A stretch of DNA of 62,972 nucleotides, filler included. It is 14 parts of 14 records of this genome, joined end to end, with 100 filler letters (N's around TTAATTAATTAA, not from the genome) between each part and the next. Parts side by side here need not be neighbours in the genome. Positions count along the whole stretch, not along the records: positions 1 to 5,226 come from SRR15195285_2412; positions 5,327 to 11,281 come from SRR15195285_2418; positions 11,382 to 14,870 come from SRR15195285_2420; 11 more parts are not named here. One strand, written 5' to 3'. Shown here one piece after another: positions 1 through 11,799 of this stretch. The position numbers and the translations under genes are program-made. The notes below the pieces were generated by a model. The model was given only the letters and a program-made list of their open reading frames with translations. It did not search any database and was not told where the DNA came from. Within the stretch, counting starts at the first letter, position 1; each line of letters opens with the position of its first letter.

Positions 1-210
1 CCGGAATTCCTTCGAGTTTTCAGTACCACTCAAGCTCCGTCGCGCGTACATCGTTTTGCAGATACTAGTAATTCGCTTTGCCCAGCTTCAACTCCCGCCC
101 AAGCGCCGGGTGTATCCAAAAAGATTAGAACGTGCACGGTTAACTGCCTGGTTGCGCGAGGAATGCGCGTGCGCGCCGGTCCCGCGCACCAGGGTGCGGA
201 GCACGAGGAG

Positions 211-3200
211 ATGGAGAGGCGGCTCCTGCTGGTGATCCTGCTGGCATCGAGGCGATGCACAGGGGTGCCGCATCGCGGAGATGTAATCTCTGCGGCGACA
301 GCGCCGAACAAATGCACCAAGTGCAACGGCGACGAGCAGCACCAGCACTTGCCGCCGCCCGAGCCATATGTGGTGGGCGACGGGCCGCGCACAGTACCGT
401 TTCGGGCGGATCTCCCTGTTTCGGGTGTCATCATCACCGGCAATCCAATCTTTCTGCGTCCCATGGAATCCAACATCGACTATTTGCTCACTTCTTTCGA
501 CGTTGACCATCTGCTGCTACCGTTCCGTGTTCGCGCGGGCAAGGCGCACAACGCAAGTGGTAGCCGCCCCCAGGTGCCATTCTGGGACTCAGACCTCAAA
601 GGCTCGAATGCTGGCCGATTTCTCATGGGCGCCGGCAACACACTGCGCTGGCTGAACAACTCTGCACTGCGTAAGATGCTTGATACGGTGGTCGACGGGA
701 TCGCTGAGTGCAAGAACGAGAGTGGTTACATTCTCGCCTACGACCCGCCGGGCTTTATGCACTCGGAACAAGGAGATTACGGTCGCAGCTGGTTCACACA
801 AGGCATGATTGAAGCCGGTAAGGCGGGAAACGCAAATGCGTTCCCGCTGCTGCGTGGCATGTATGACTGGTTCAATTCACCAGACCGGAATCCGTATTTG
901 CCGTATCTGTACGATGGCATAAGCAATGGAGAGCAAGGACAGATCGCAAGCACGCGGATGTACCTCGAGACCCCTGGAGCCAAGTGGGCTGATTCGCAAA
1001 CAGCTCAAGACGCGTACCGCGACAACGTATGGATGCGCGGGTTGATAGCACGTGATCCGAGGTCAATCACAAAATATCACATGCCGTCGCCGAATCACCC
1101 ACATTGCTACGAGATCACTTCATTTCTTTCCATGTTTGATAACTACAGGGCTACTGGCAACACAACATGGTTGGCCGCCGCTGAAGGGGCATGGGAAATG
1201 GTGTCCTTGTCTTTTACCCATATTGATGGTACCAGTGCTTTGACAGAAGGCGCAGCAAATCGTAGCGCTGGGACAGATTGGCAGGCCAAAACCTACAAGC
1301 TCGCTGGTGGTGAGGCGCCACAACGAATGCATTGGTTTGCCCGGTCTCGACAAATCTTGACTCATCGTGTGTGGCTTGTGATGCATAGGAACTGGCGAGA
1401 CATGTTGTACAACATTCTGGATCAAGTTCAACCAGCGCTTTCAGTTGTTGCGTCCAGATGAAGAGAAGTACGCGGGCCATATTGAGACTGCAGTCTACAA
1501 TGCGTTATTGAGAACAATGGTGCCGCGGTCAGCCTTGATCGAACCCGCAGGTAGCAAACAGCAGAGCACCGCGCCGACAGAAGAAGAGCGGCGAGAGCAG
1601 ATCGCGCACGGCAAGGGTTACGCTGCAGAGCAGGAGAGCTGGCTCATGGCACAGCTAGAAGCGGATGACGACCCTGCGCTTCCACCAGGCATTCGCTACC
1701 ATAGTCCATTGGAGGGTACACTCGAGCACGGCAACAACGTGAACACGTGCTGTGAGGGGCAGGGCACGCGTATGTTTGGCGCTATTCCAGAGCTTATCTA
1801 CTCCATTTCGACCAACCGCTCAAACGCTAACTCGACTGTAAGCTCTGGATTTTACGTCAACTTGATTACAGAATCGACGCTCAGATTCAACGCGTCAGCT
1901 CGACCGCTAAGTGATCCGGTCCAAGCTCAGCCCCCTCCAGCTGTGGTAGTTGAGCCAGTGGAGCCAGCACCACAGATGACGTTCAAGCTCGTCTCTCCAG
2001 ATGGCGGTGGCTACTTTACTGGAGAGTCCACCTGCGTGAGCCAGGGGAATTGTCCGGGCAAGAACGTGACGACATTAGACGAGTGCAAAGCTTTGTGCCT
2101 GTCACTCTCTACCGATGCTGGAAACTCGTTCGAGTCATGCATGGGGATCAGCTGGACCACCGCTCCAGCTGGACCGCTGCCGCCACCACCACCTCCGAGC
2201 CCTTGGGTGCCTCGGAGTGCTAATCCGTGTGTGCTGTACAATCAGATTGAGAAAACTGCCAACGGCACGCCAAGCACGATCTTTGTTGGAGCTTGGGGCT
2301 ACGTCAAGTGTAAAAATGGGACCTCAGCTCCGGGGTGTGCTACATTTGGGTCAGCAACGCCCTGCACTGGTGCAAACTGCGTCATGCTTCCACTTGCGAA
2401 GCAGAATCCGCATACCGGGGCTGTGTTCAGTGGGAAATTCGCCATTACGCCCGCTAGCTCCGCTATCAAGGACATCCATAGCTGCAATGTGCTCTGTCTA
2501 GAGACGGACAACTGCGTCCAAACTACCTGGGCAACGAACGCCATTGCACCGGCAAAAATTCCATCGCCCCCGCCCCTGGGTTGCGAGATATATCACTCAA
2601 TTGACATGGAGCGTCCCGCCGACAACAACTGCGGGCGTGCAAAGTGTGGTCCTTTCCAAGACAACAACACTCAGCAGTACATTGTCACTGGACGCCGAAT
2701 CGTGACACAATATGACTTCGTCGCGCCGTCGAAGACTGAAACAATTGCTCGCGCGCGTGATGACGTTTTTACGCCGATTGAATTCAGCCAACAGACAGAC
2801 TTTGTGAGCCTCCTCTGCGACCTTCTACTCCGAGCTGCGATATATCTATACGATTAAATTTATTCTCTGTCAATGCGTTCTTGGTCTGTCTAACTCATTG
2901 TTGTCAACGCAGCCGTATGGTGACGGCACGGTCAAGATGAAGCTCTCCATCCTCAACAATTCCATCGAGAAGGTTGCCGTCCGCCTGCGCCTGCGTATTC
3001 CTTCCTGGGCTGCTGGAAACACGGGCAGAGGTAGCAACTCTCTGCAACGACTGCCTGTGGAGCTCAACGGAAACGCCCTGAGCGGTGATGACATTGGCGT
3101 GCCTGGAACTTACACCTCGATTGACCGCGAGTGGAGCAACGGTGATACAATCAGCCTCGTGCTGTCGCCGACCCTTGAGCTAGTCCCGTACACAGGTGTA

Positions 3201-3485
3201 GATCAGATAAAGGGGTACGAAGGCAAGCGTTACGCAGTGACAGTTGGACCGGCTGTCCTTGCATGCGTTGCGCTCGGGCACAACATGGGTAGCTTGTTGC
3301 CGGTGCTCATTCCTGCTTCCCCAACTGCGCCAGTATCAACGTGGCTAACAATTGATCCGGAGTACACCTCGGGATACCGGCGCTCTTACAGTATTAGCGG
3401 GGTGGCAGGCTTCAAAATGGTGCCGTTGTGGGAGGTCCCCGCTGCGACCATTTTCACGACATACCCGGTCCTCACCATGGAATAG
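211..3485 (+). CDS. Secreted GH127/GH146-like beta-L-arabinofuranosidase with inserted Cys-rich PAN/apple-like modules; 3 exons (introns 1310-1388, 2804-2912)
   Basis: Signal peptide MERRLLLVILLA. Splicing restores GH127-type motifs GETCCTTFW, IETAVYNALL, NTCCEGQGTR, TDF|PYGDG, LRLRIPSWA, IDREWSNGDTISL and GPAVLA. Both introns are GT..AG; CTAAC branch point at 2890. Confidence 0.85.
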
Positions 3486-3671
3486 ACGTTATATTCCTGT
3501 AGCATTGGAATCGGTCGACGTGCACACTTGCACACGGGTCACGGCTATGACGCGCTTGCCGCCAGCAAAGTAATGTTTTGTGCAATGTATACTAGATTGT
3601 GCTAATGCGGCATTTGAACCTTTGAACCTAGTGCTCGCCCAATTCTCGGGTGCTCATAGTAGAGACACAGG

Positions 3672-3760
3672 GCAGCCGTGTAGCATCACAGTTCAGCCGT
3701 GTAGCATCACAGTTCAGTTGATTTCATTGATCGATTCTGGTTCATTGATCGATTCTAGTT
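3672..3760. repeat. Two short tandem duplications (about 21 bp x2 and about 18 bp x2) between convergent genes
   Basis: cagccgtgtagcatcacagtt twice, followed by ttcattgatcgattct twice. Confidence 0.8.
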
Positions 3761-3815
3761 CAAGGCACTGGCAAGCAAAACTGCAACTTCTCCTGTCACT
3801 CGATTGCTGCACGCT

Positions 3816-5083
3816 TCACCTGTCGTCGTCACTCGTTGGCCATGTCAGTGCCCACACGTAGCTGGTCATATTGACCTGGGACAGCACCGATGCTACCGGC
3901 CGCCGCGACTGTGGCAACGCTGCGCCACGCAGCCGTGGCGAGTCTCTGGCCGCGTATGGCGCGCCACACTTGGTGATCTTGCCGTCCGTTGTCGTATTAT
4001 CCGCACCTGGCAATTTCCACACTGGATCAGAACATGAGCTGGGCGCAAGCTCGCGTGCACGGACTCACCGCCAACCTTCCAAACCAATTTGGCGCCATCC
4101 GTGAAGGCAAGTGGGTCGGCGATGTGGAATCGGTAGCCACTCAGCCTCTCAAACCCCGTGGCATTGGATCGGTTGAAGTACGTCAGGCCAGTTTGCGAGC
4201 CAGTGAACGTCTGCGCTCCGAAGTGCGTTGCCGCCCCAAAATAAAATGCCGAGTCAAAGAAGTCTTCAACCCCTGTACCGACGACCATGCCCGGGAACGG
4301 CGTCCGCGCGGTTGGATAGAAGTTGAAGCAGCCTTCGATGTAACCAGCTCCGACGTCCGGGCCACCCACAGGCCGGTTCTCCACGCCGAAGCTCGTCTGG
4401 AACACAAGGCCTGACTGGCCCGCTGAAATATCGAGGAGGTGGACGTACTCCAGCGGCTGGTGAAGGGCTAGATCGTTGCGTTGCATGATCATGCGCGCGG
4501 ACGGTGGCACAGGGATGTTGCTACCAGGCAGACTGATCGGCAAATTTTCTGTTCCGTGCACATTCATGTATCCCCAGACACACTTGCCGTCGGCAGGGCT
4601 TCCTGGCTGCACCGTGACGATCACTGACTTGGAGAACGGGATCGGAAAGTCATGCCAGAAGCCACCAATTGCAGCGTTCTTCCCACACATGCTGCCAGCG
4701 CTGAACAGGCTGCCACCCGTTTTGGGCTGCGACTCGTAGAACTCGTAGGGGAAGGCGACACCACAGGCCATGGAGGGCTGGAAGCGGATCGATGGGGTGG
4801 ACTCCCCATCGAGGTAGTAGTTCACCCAAACTCGGTCTATCTCGTACCCAGGTCCAGTGGCCCAGAAGTGCGTCAGCACACCGTGGGTCGAGCCTGGGCT
4901 GAGGGTGTGATTGAGCACTATCGTGCCCCGTCCATCATTGTCGGCTTCGCAGAAGAAGCCCTCGCCTGGCAGATAGCCATAGCCGAAGGTGGGCCCGATC
5001 TTCTTGGCCGCCGCAGCTGGGCCGCCCAGCACTGCCAGCAAAGCGGCTGCCACCGTTCCTCTGGCCCGGCCGTTGCCAGCCAT
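3816..5083 (-). CDS. Secreted DUF2961 / GH172-like glycoside hydrolase; intron 4007-4068
   Basis: Signal peptide; motifs LTHFWATG, YYLDGESTPSI, FPIPFSKS, GTGVEDFFDSAFYF, YRFHIADPLAF. Splicing GTGAGT..CCAG joins the ORF to one ending SYVWALTW. Confidence 0.8.
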
Positions 5084-5226
5084 GACGACTGCTCAGGCTG
5101 CTGCGTGGGTGTGTGCCGGCGTCGCCGCCGGTCGCGCAACGTAGCGTGCAGCGCGAGTATCGTAGCGTGCAGTACGTACGCGCGTGCGTGTAGCGACCGC
5201 ACGCATTCCTCAAAGTCGGCGGAATG

Positions 5227-5326
5227 NNNNNNNNNNNNNNNNNNNNNNNNNNNNNNNNNNNNNNNNNNNNTTAATTAATTAANNNNNNNNNNNNNNNNNN
5301 NNNNNNNNNNNNNNNNNNNNNNNNNN
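5227..5326. other. Artificial contig linker
   Basis: 44N-TTAATTAATTAA-44N. Confidence 0.99.
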
Positions 5327-5385
5327 GGAGGAGGAGGAGGAGGAGCAGGAGGAGGACGAGGAGGAGTAGTAGCAGCAGCAGCAGG
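5327..5385. repeat. (GAG)n/(CAG)n simple repeat at contig start
   Basis: ggaggaggaggagg...gcagcagcagcag. Confidence 0.85.
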
Positions 5386-5487
5386 CTGTAGGAGCTCTCT
5401 TAGGAGCTGTGTCTTGGCTGGCGCTGCATACAAATACGTACGCGTTTATAGGACTCTGGACTGCGCTGCGGCGGCGAGCGGGGCGGG

Positions 5488-8400
5488 ATGGCGGCCAGCG
5501 AGGCCAGCGTGCAGGTGGTGGTGCGCCTGCGGCCGCTCAACGCCCGCGAGCAGAAGAGCAACACCACGCCGATCGTCACGGCCTCGACCGAGCGCTCCGA
5601 GGTGACGGTGATCAAGGGATCCGGAAAGGCGCAGGTGCGGAACACGTTCAAGTTTGCAAACGTCTTCGGATCGTTCACCACGCAGGAGGAGATTTTCGAG
5701 GAGACGCTCGAGCCTGGTGTGGACCACCGCCTGCCTTCGCCGGCGCGACCTTGTCGCTCTGCTTGTGCCACCTCTGCTTGCGCCACTGTGATGGGTGATG
5801 ACTCCGGCCGAACCGTGCGCAGTCATCGATGATGTCATGGGTGGCTACGAGAGCACCGTTTTCGCCTACGGTCAGACTGGGACAGGTAAGACCCATACGA
5901 TGGAGGGCGATATCCACAACGAAGAACACTGGGGCGTGATCCCGCGCGCTGCCTCCACCATCTTTAAGCGCCTGGCCAGGGACACAATCGTCGAGTCCTC
6001 AGTCACCGTGTCGTACCTGGAGATATACAACGAAGAGCTGTGCGACCTGCTTGCACAAGAGGGCGAAGAAACCAAGCTTATGGTAGCGGAGGACAAGAGT
6101 AAGGGCGGTAAGGGCGTCCATTGCCACGGCCTGAGCGAGGTGCACGTCGCAGCCCCCGAGGATGTGCTCCAAAAGCTGCAGGAGGCTCAGGACCGGCGCA
6201 TCGTAGGCGAGACCAAGATGAACAAGCAGAGCAGTCGAAGTCACTGCTTATTCACGCTGACTGTGAAGTCCAAGGAGACTACTCCTGACGGTATGATCAT
6301 GGAACGCACAGGAAAGCTCCACATGTGCGATTTGGCAGGCTCGGAGTGCGCGAAGACCGCTGGCACGAAGAATGAGGCAGCATCACGTGAGCGGGAGCGC
6401 AAGAATATCAATCAGTCCTTGCTGACCCTGGGTCGCGTCATTTCATCACTGAAGGAAGGCACGCCCGGAGCCCGGATTCCTTACCGAGACTCCAAGCTTA
6501 CGAGGCTGCTGCAGGAAAGTCTTGGAGGGCGATGCAAGACTTGCATTGTGGCTACGATCTCGCCGTCGATCCTGTGCTGCGATGAGACACTTTCGACGCT
6601 GAACTACGCTCAGCGTGCCCATGGCATCAAAAACAAGGGATGTGTCTCAACTATGCGAATGCTACAGGGAGCTGCAGCGGGGATGCCTTCAGCTAGCCCA
6701 AGCGCCAAGCTGGGCGGTTCCAGCGGGCAGAGCCAACAATCGTGGCAAGAGCTAGAGATGAAACTGGCATATATGGAAAGCGAGATGACTGAAGCGCAAG
6801 CAGCGCTGGCGAAGAAGCACACGGTCATGCAAGATGCTGTAGACAAAGCAGCAACCCTTGAGCGCGAACTAGCGGCAGAACGCGAGGACCTGATTGCGAC
6901 CAAAAGTATGGTCTCGACTCTTAAGGCACGGATGCAGGCAAAAGAAACTGAGCACAAGCAACGCGAGGCAGAACTGCAAAGCACCATCCAGACCAAGAGT
7001 GTGCAAATCGAGGAAATCAAGATTCTTTTGGCTGCGAGGTGTGATACCGAAGCTCGATTGCACGCTGAGGCAGCAGCTCTGATCCAAACTCTTGACGCGA
7101 GCGTTGCAGATGGGCAACGCATGTTCGTGGAACTGCAGAAGGTTGCCGCAGCTGAGCAATCGAAGCGAGAGGCCGCGCAGTTGTTTTTCGTCGACTCCAC
7201 TGACGCTCTAGATGCTCTGAACGCCGATGTTGCTGCATTCTCTGAACTGACTGGAACCAAGTTCAAATCCATAACGCAACATGCCACAGACGCGGTGAAG
7301 ACAGGCAAAGCTCAGGCACAGAAGATTGAGGAGGGGATGTCAGAGCTGCTGAATGCTATTCAAGCCAGTGCCACTGAGCTGCAGTCGACATTATCATCGC
7401 AGTGCAAAACAACCTCTTCTGAGATTGAAAAAATGGTTCAAGGTCAAGCAGTTGCGGTGGGACAACTTGTGGAGCAGTTTGCTGACGTGGGAAAGTATAC
7501 GCGGGACACCCTAGAAAAAACCGCTGCCAAGATCAAAGACGCCGACGCGGATATTGCTGCTTGGGGTTCGTCTGGTCTCGAACGACTTACTGCTGCCGCA
7601 GCGAGTTTCGCAGAGATGAAGGACAGTGCTGAGCATACAGTCGCAGAGACACGAAGGACACTCTCGACGGGATTGGAACACCACAAAAAGCAGCTTGCAG
7701 ACCACCACGCAGCAATCGATGAAATTGCGAAGGCGCTCATTACGCACAAGTCCAATCAGGATCGGCTGGCAGACGCCATGCAAGCCAACGAGTCGCAAAT
7801 TTCCGAGTCGATAGGGCGGCACGTCGAGCTGCTGCAGGCCCAAAACGAACATATTCAAGCGGCTTTGGATGCGCACCGTGCAGGCCAGCTGGACGAAGAG
7901 CAGCTAGCAACGCTAGCGAGTATGGGAACCATGATTGAAGAGGGAGCTAAACAGCACTGCCAAATGCTTGCTGCACAGAAAAATGGGCTTCAGAAGGCTG
8001 TAGACGCCCAGGCCACAGGCGATGCATGCGACGAGCAAACCGGTCTTCTCAATAAGTTGCACGAGATGCTATCGCATGCTACTGGATCGCAGGTAGACTC
8101 CATGCAAGGACAGCACAGTGAGCTAACAGCAAGTCTAACGCGCCAGCAAGACGGCAACGCGGTAGCACAGCACACGCAATTGCTGCAAGACGCACAAGAT
8201 CTCGTGAACAAAAACATTGACGACGAGACAAACCTGCTTTCTGCGCAGAAGGAGGGTCTGGACTCAGCTGTTGCCGACTTGCAAGCCGAAGAGGACGACA
8301 AAATTCAGCTTCTCAACACACTTGCTGCGTCAGAGCAGAAAATAAGGGAGGACACCACCGAGCAGTTTCAGATGTTGAAACAGCAGGAAGAGAAGGTACA

Positions 8401-10291
8401 GAGTCAACAAAAGCAGCTTGCAGCGATGATCTCGGCCCAACAAGACGGACAGCGCGAACTTGTGAAGTCAGTTATGTCAGGTGTCCAGCAGATGCTGCAA
8501 GAGCAGATGACCAAGCTGAGTCAGAATTTCGAGCAGCATGTTGCTGAGATCCAGGCAACCAATGGTGATCTGGGCAGCGATAACGCAGACGTTGTGACAA
8601 CAATTTCCGGAATGAAGCAGGAGCTTGAGACAATCAATTCCAAAGCCACCGAACTGACGGCCTCCTGGGGGGAGAAGGTCCAAGCGGTTGCGACAGATGT
8701 GGTCAAGTTGAGTGAAGAGAATGTGACTGTTGCCGCACACCTCAGCCAAGCATCCACCTCGTACACAGAGATGACGGACAAGCTGGTCCTGGAAGCCGCT
8801 GAGTGGGGCAAAGCGAACGACGACGTGGCTGCTTCTATACAAAAAGTTACAGAAACCAACGAAGCCGTGGTCGCTCGGCTGCAGTCGGTTGAGAGAAGCC
8901 ACTCGGAGCAAACTGCTCAACTGACCACGAATGCCATGACTTGGAGCAAGAGCAACGCTGCCGTTTCCGCAACCATGTCCGATATGATAAGGTTGAACGA
9001 AGAAATTGTGAAAGAAGTGGGTGCGACACGCAGCGGATTAAATGCACTGAACGAGGACGCTGCAGCACAAACCCAGTCCTGGGGTGACAGTGGCCGCGCA
9101 GTAGCATCTTCGATGGAACGGATCTCCGAGGAAAACAATGGCTGCCAAAGCGATTCGGCAAGAACACAGGATGCATTAATTTCTGTGTCCAAGGCAATGC
9201 AGGAACAAGGCACTACACTAGCAAATTCCACCGCCGAAGGTATTGCGGCGACAGCAGCACTACGCAATGCCAGTGCGGCGCACAGCGAACACATTCAGGA
9301 AGTTGAAACAGTCACTAGTGCTGGTTTCACTTCTACTATGTCAACGCTTGAGGCATGGTCAGACCACCAAGCTGAGAAAGTGTCGGATGAGATGTCGCAG
9401 GTGCGACAGCTAGTGGCATCGCGATCAGCGGTACTGGAAGCACTGGATACCTCATGTGCGTCGATGAAGAAGCAAATCACCGCTAGCGCCGAGGCGCTGC
9501 GCGAAGACACTGACACCCAGCAGGATGTGCTGGCAGATGCATGCGCAACCATTACTGTGACCTGGTCTGAGTTCTGCTCCGATCACAACGGCACATGTGC
9601 TCAAATCGAAGATGACGCGGAAACTTGGCGCGCGGAGTGCCAGACCATTATTGCTAGCGAGTGTGAGCGGCTCGAGGAGTACGAGACAGCGCATCGCACA
9701 GCTACCGAGGACAGCATGAGCAAAGCACAGGCGCACAGCATTGGGGTAGCGGAGCAAACAGTCGCCACTACGCAGACCATGCGAGACTTCTGCAACAAGA
9801 CGCTCCAAATGGAGGAGCCGGTTGCTGCACCGGCAGGTCAGGTGGAGTTGCCGTCTGTAGCTCGCGAGCCTGCCACTACGCCGCAGGACGAAGTGTTGCT
9901 CGCAGACTGTCGGACCAAGCGTGCCGCCTCTGGATCAAGTGAGGCTTATGCTGGAAGCTCTCGATCAGGTGACACGTCTATCGGAGTGCCAAGTAGTCCT
10001 GAACAGCCTTCAGTTGTGGAAGCGATCCAGCATGTGGCCCAGACGAACGCTGTCTTGGCATCTCCATCGCTTGGCAAGCAGCGCCCGAGAGCTGCAGGCA
10101 AGATAGTAGCTCCGGGCTCCGCGAAAGTCAATCGTGCTAAGGACGAAGCGAAAGCTTGCGTGAGTGCCAGTGTGCGCCCAGCATCGACGCCATCTAAGGT
10201 GGCGAAGACAGCAAAATTGAACCAGCCGGCTGCTGGAGGACGCAACCCGTTCGCACCTGCCAAGGTCAACGGCAAAACGACCGCAAAATAG
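5488..10291 (+). CDS. Kinesin-5 (BimC/Eg5-like) with long coiled-coil stalk; intron 5717-5822
   Basis: VQVVVRLRP, P-loop AYGQTGTGKTHTMEG, switch I NKQSSRSH, switch II DLAGSE, INQSLLTLGRVI, IPYRDSKLTRLLQESLGG, ETLSTLNYA; about 1100 aa helical stalk; TTPQ motif in the tail resembling a BimC box. Confidence 0.9.
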
Positions 10292-10545
10292 CGGGGCCCA
10301 CTCGAAACTCTCAAATGCTGTTGTACACCGTATTCACACCATTCTCTCATTCTCTCATTCGCAGTATAGCTGATCAATCGGTTCAACAACGATAATTAAC
10401 ACATACAGTAGGGCTATCTTTGTGGGGTCCTGCGACCATCCTGTCGCGTTGCCAACTCACCGGCCATGAACGCCGCGGCTTGCGTTGCTTTTCGTATATT
10501 CCGACTTTCTCGCAGCCCCCTTCCTCCGCGCGCGCTCTCCTCTAG

Positions 10546-11028
10546 CTAGTAGCCCTTATCGCTCCAGGTCACCGTGCACTCTGGCAGGGCCTGCGTAATC
10601 AGCGACGCTGAAAGCTCGTTGCACCCGGCCGCTCTGCCAAAGGTCTTGGAGTAGCCGTACACTTGCACTGTCATGGCAGCGGTGTCGTACTCGATCCGTC
10701 CACCGCCTACGACCACACCCCGCAGGCCGAGGGGCTCCAGCTCCTGCATCGCCTTCTCGAACATGTCGGCGTGAAACTTGTGGCCGGTGAACGACCGTAC
10801 GACGCGCTTGGTCGCCCCACCACCGTCAAACAGCTCAATCTGGACGTACTTCCACTTCCCCGGCGCGATGGCAACGGTTGCCACGCTCGCGAGCTCCTGT
10901 GTCCCCACTGGTGCTACTGCTGCTGCTGCGTCGTGTCGACTCGGAGTTGCTGTCGTGGCCTTGGCGACGAGCCGGGCCGCCTCCTCGGTGAGTGGCGCAC
11001 CGGTCTCCTCGTCGAAACGCCCCTCCAT
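10546..11028 (-). CDS. Janus/Ocnus family protein (14 kDa phosphohistidine phosphatase, PHPT1-like)
   Basis: GKWKYVQI, FHADMF, GGGRIEY, VYGYSKTFGRA, C-terminal VTWSDKGY; likely start MEGRF at 11028. Confidence 0.9.
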   Translation of the reverse strand: MEGRFDEETGAPLTEEAARLVAKATTATPSRHDAAAAVAPVGTQELASVATVAIAPGKWKYVQIELFDGGGATKRVVRSFTGHKFHADMFEKAMQELEPLGLRGVVVGGGRIEYDTAAMTVQVYGYSKTFGRAAGCNELSASLITQALPECTVTWSDKGY

Positions 11029-11281
11029 CGATATGCTATTACAGTATGCTGCGACCGACGCTTCGCGTAACCGCCGGCCCACTGACCTACTATACCTATC
11101 GGCGACAGAGCATGTTGATACGCCCGTAGCAGGGCGCGCGCACGACGGACGGTAGGATCCTTGCACCGCGGCGTGCACCGTGCAGTACGTTGTACGTACA
11201 CGACGGTAAGTATGTACGTACTAGTAGTAGTACGCGTACGCGCAGCTACATTATACTCAGAATCCTGGCCAAAATAACGGC

Positions 11282-11381
11282 NNNNNNNNNNNNNNNNNNN
11301 NNNNNNNNNNNNNNNNNNNNNNNNNTTAATTAATTAANNNNNNNNNNNNNNNNNNNNNNNNNNNNNNNNNNNNNNNNNNNN
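11282..11381. other. Artificial contig linker
   Basis: 44N-TTAATTAATTAA-44N. Confidence 0.99.
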
Positions 11382-11799
11382 GGAAGGCATCGCATCAGAG
11401 AAGATGTTTGCGCGACAACTGCGTCGCAAGTTTCTGTAGCTTGTCGTTTGTTGGTACGAGCACATGTGTGTATGTCGTCTAGTGGCGCGTTGCCAAATAT
11501 GTCGGATGCACCAAGGGAGGCCCATTCACTGCATGCATTCGAGGTACAGTAGTGACCGCGGTAGACGCCACAAATTTCAACAAAATGAATAGGAAAATTG
11601 CGCCGAAATTCCACTGTCGCAGTCGGAACGGTTGCCACGAGGAACTGGATTCATTTGCAACTTGGACAGCATGCATGCATGTAGAGAAGCTGTGAGCAAA
11701 CTACTCTGGGGGCTACAGAGCGGCCAGTGTATTTTGTAGAGCTACCAGTCGTCGGAATGGATGAATCATGCATGCATGTACTCGACTGCACCCTCAAAT

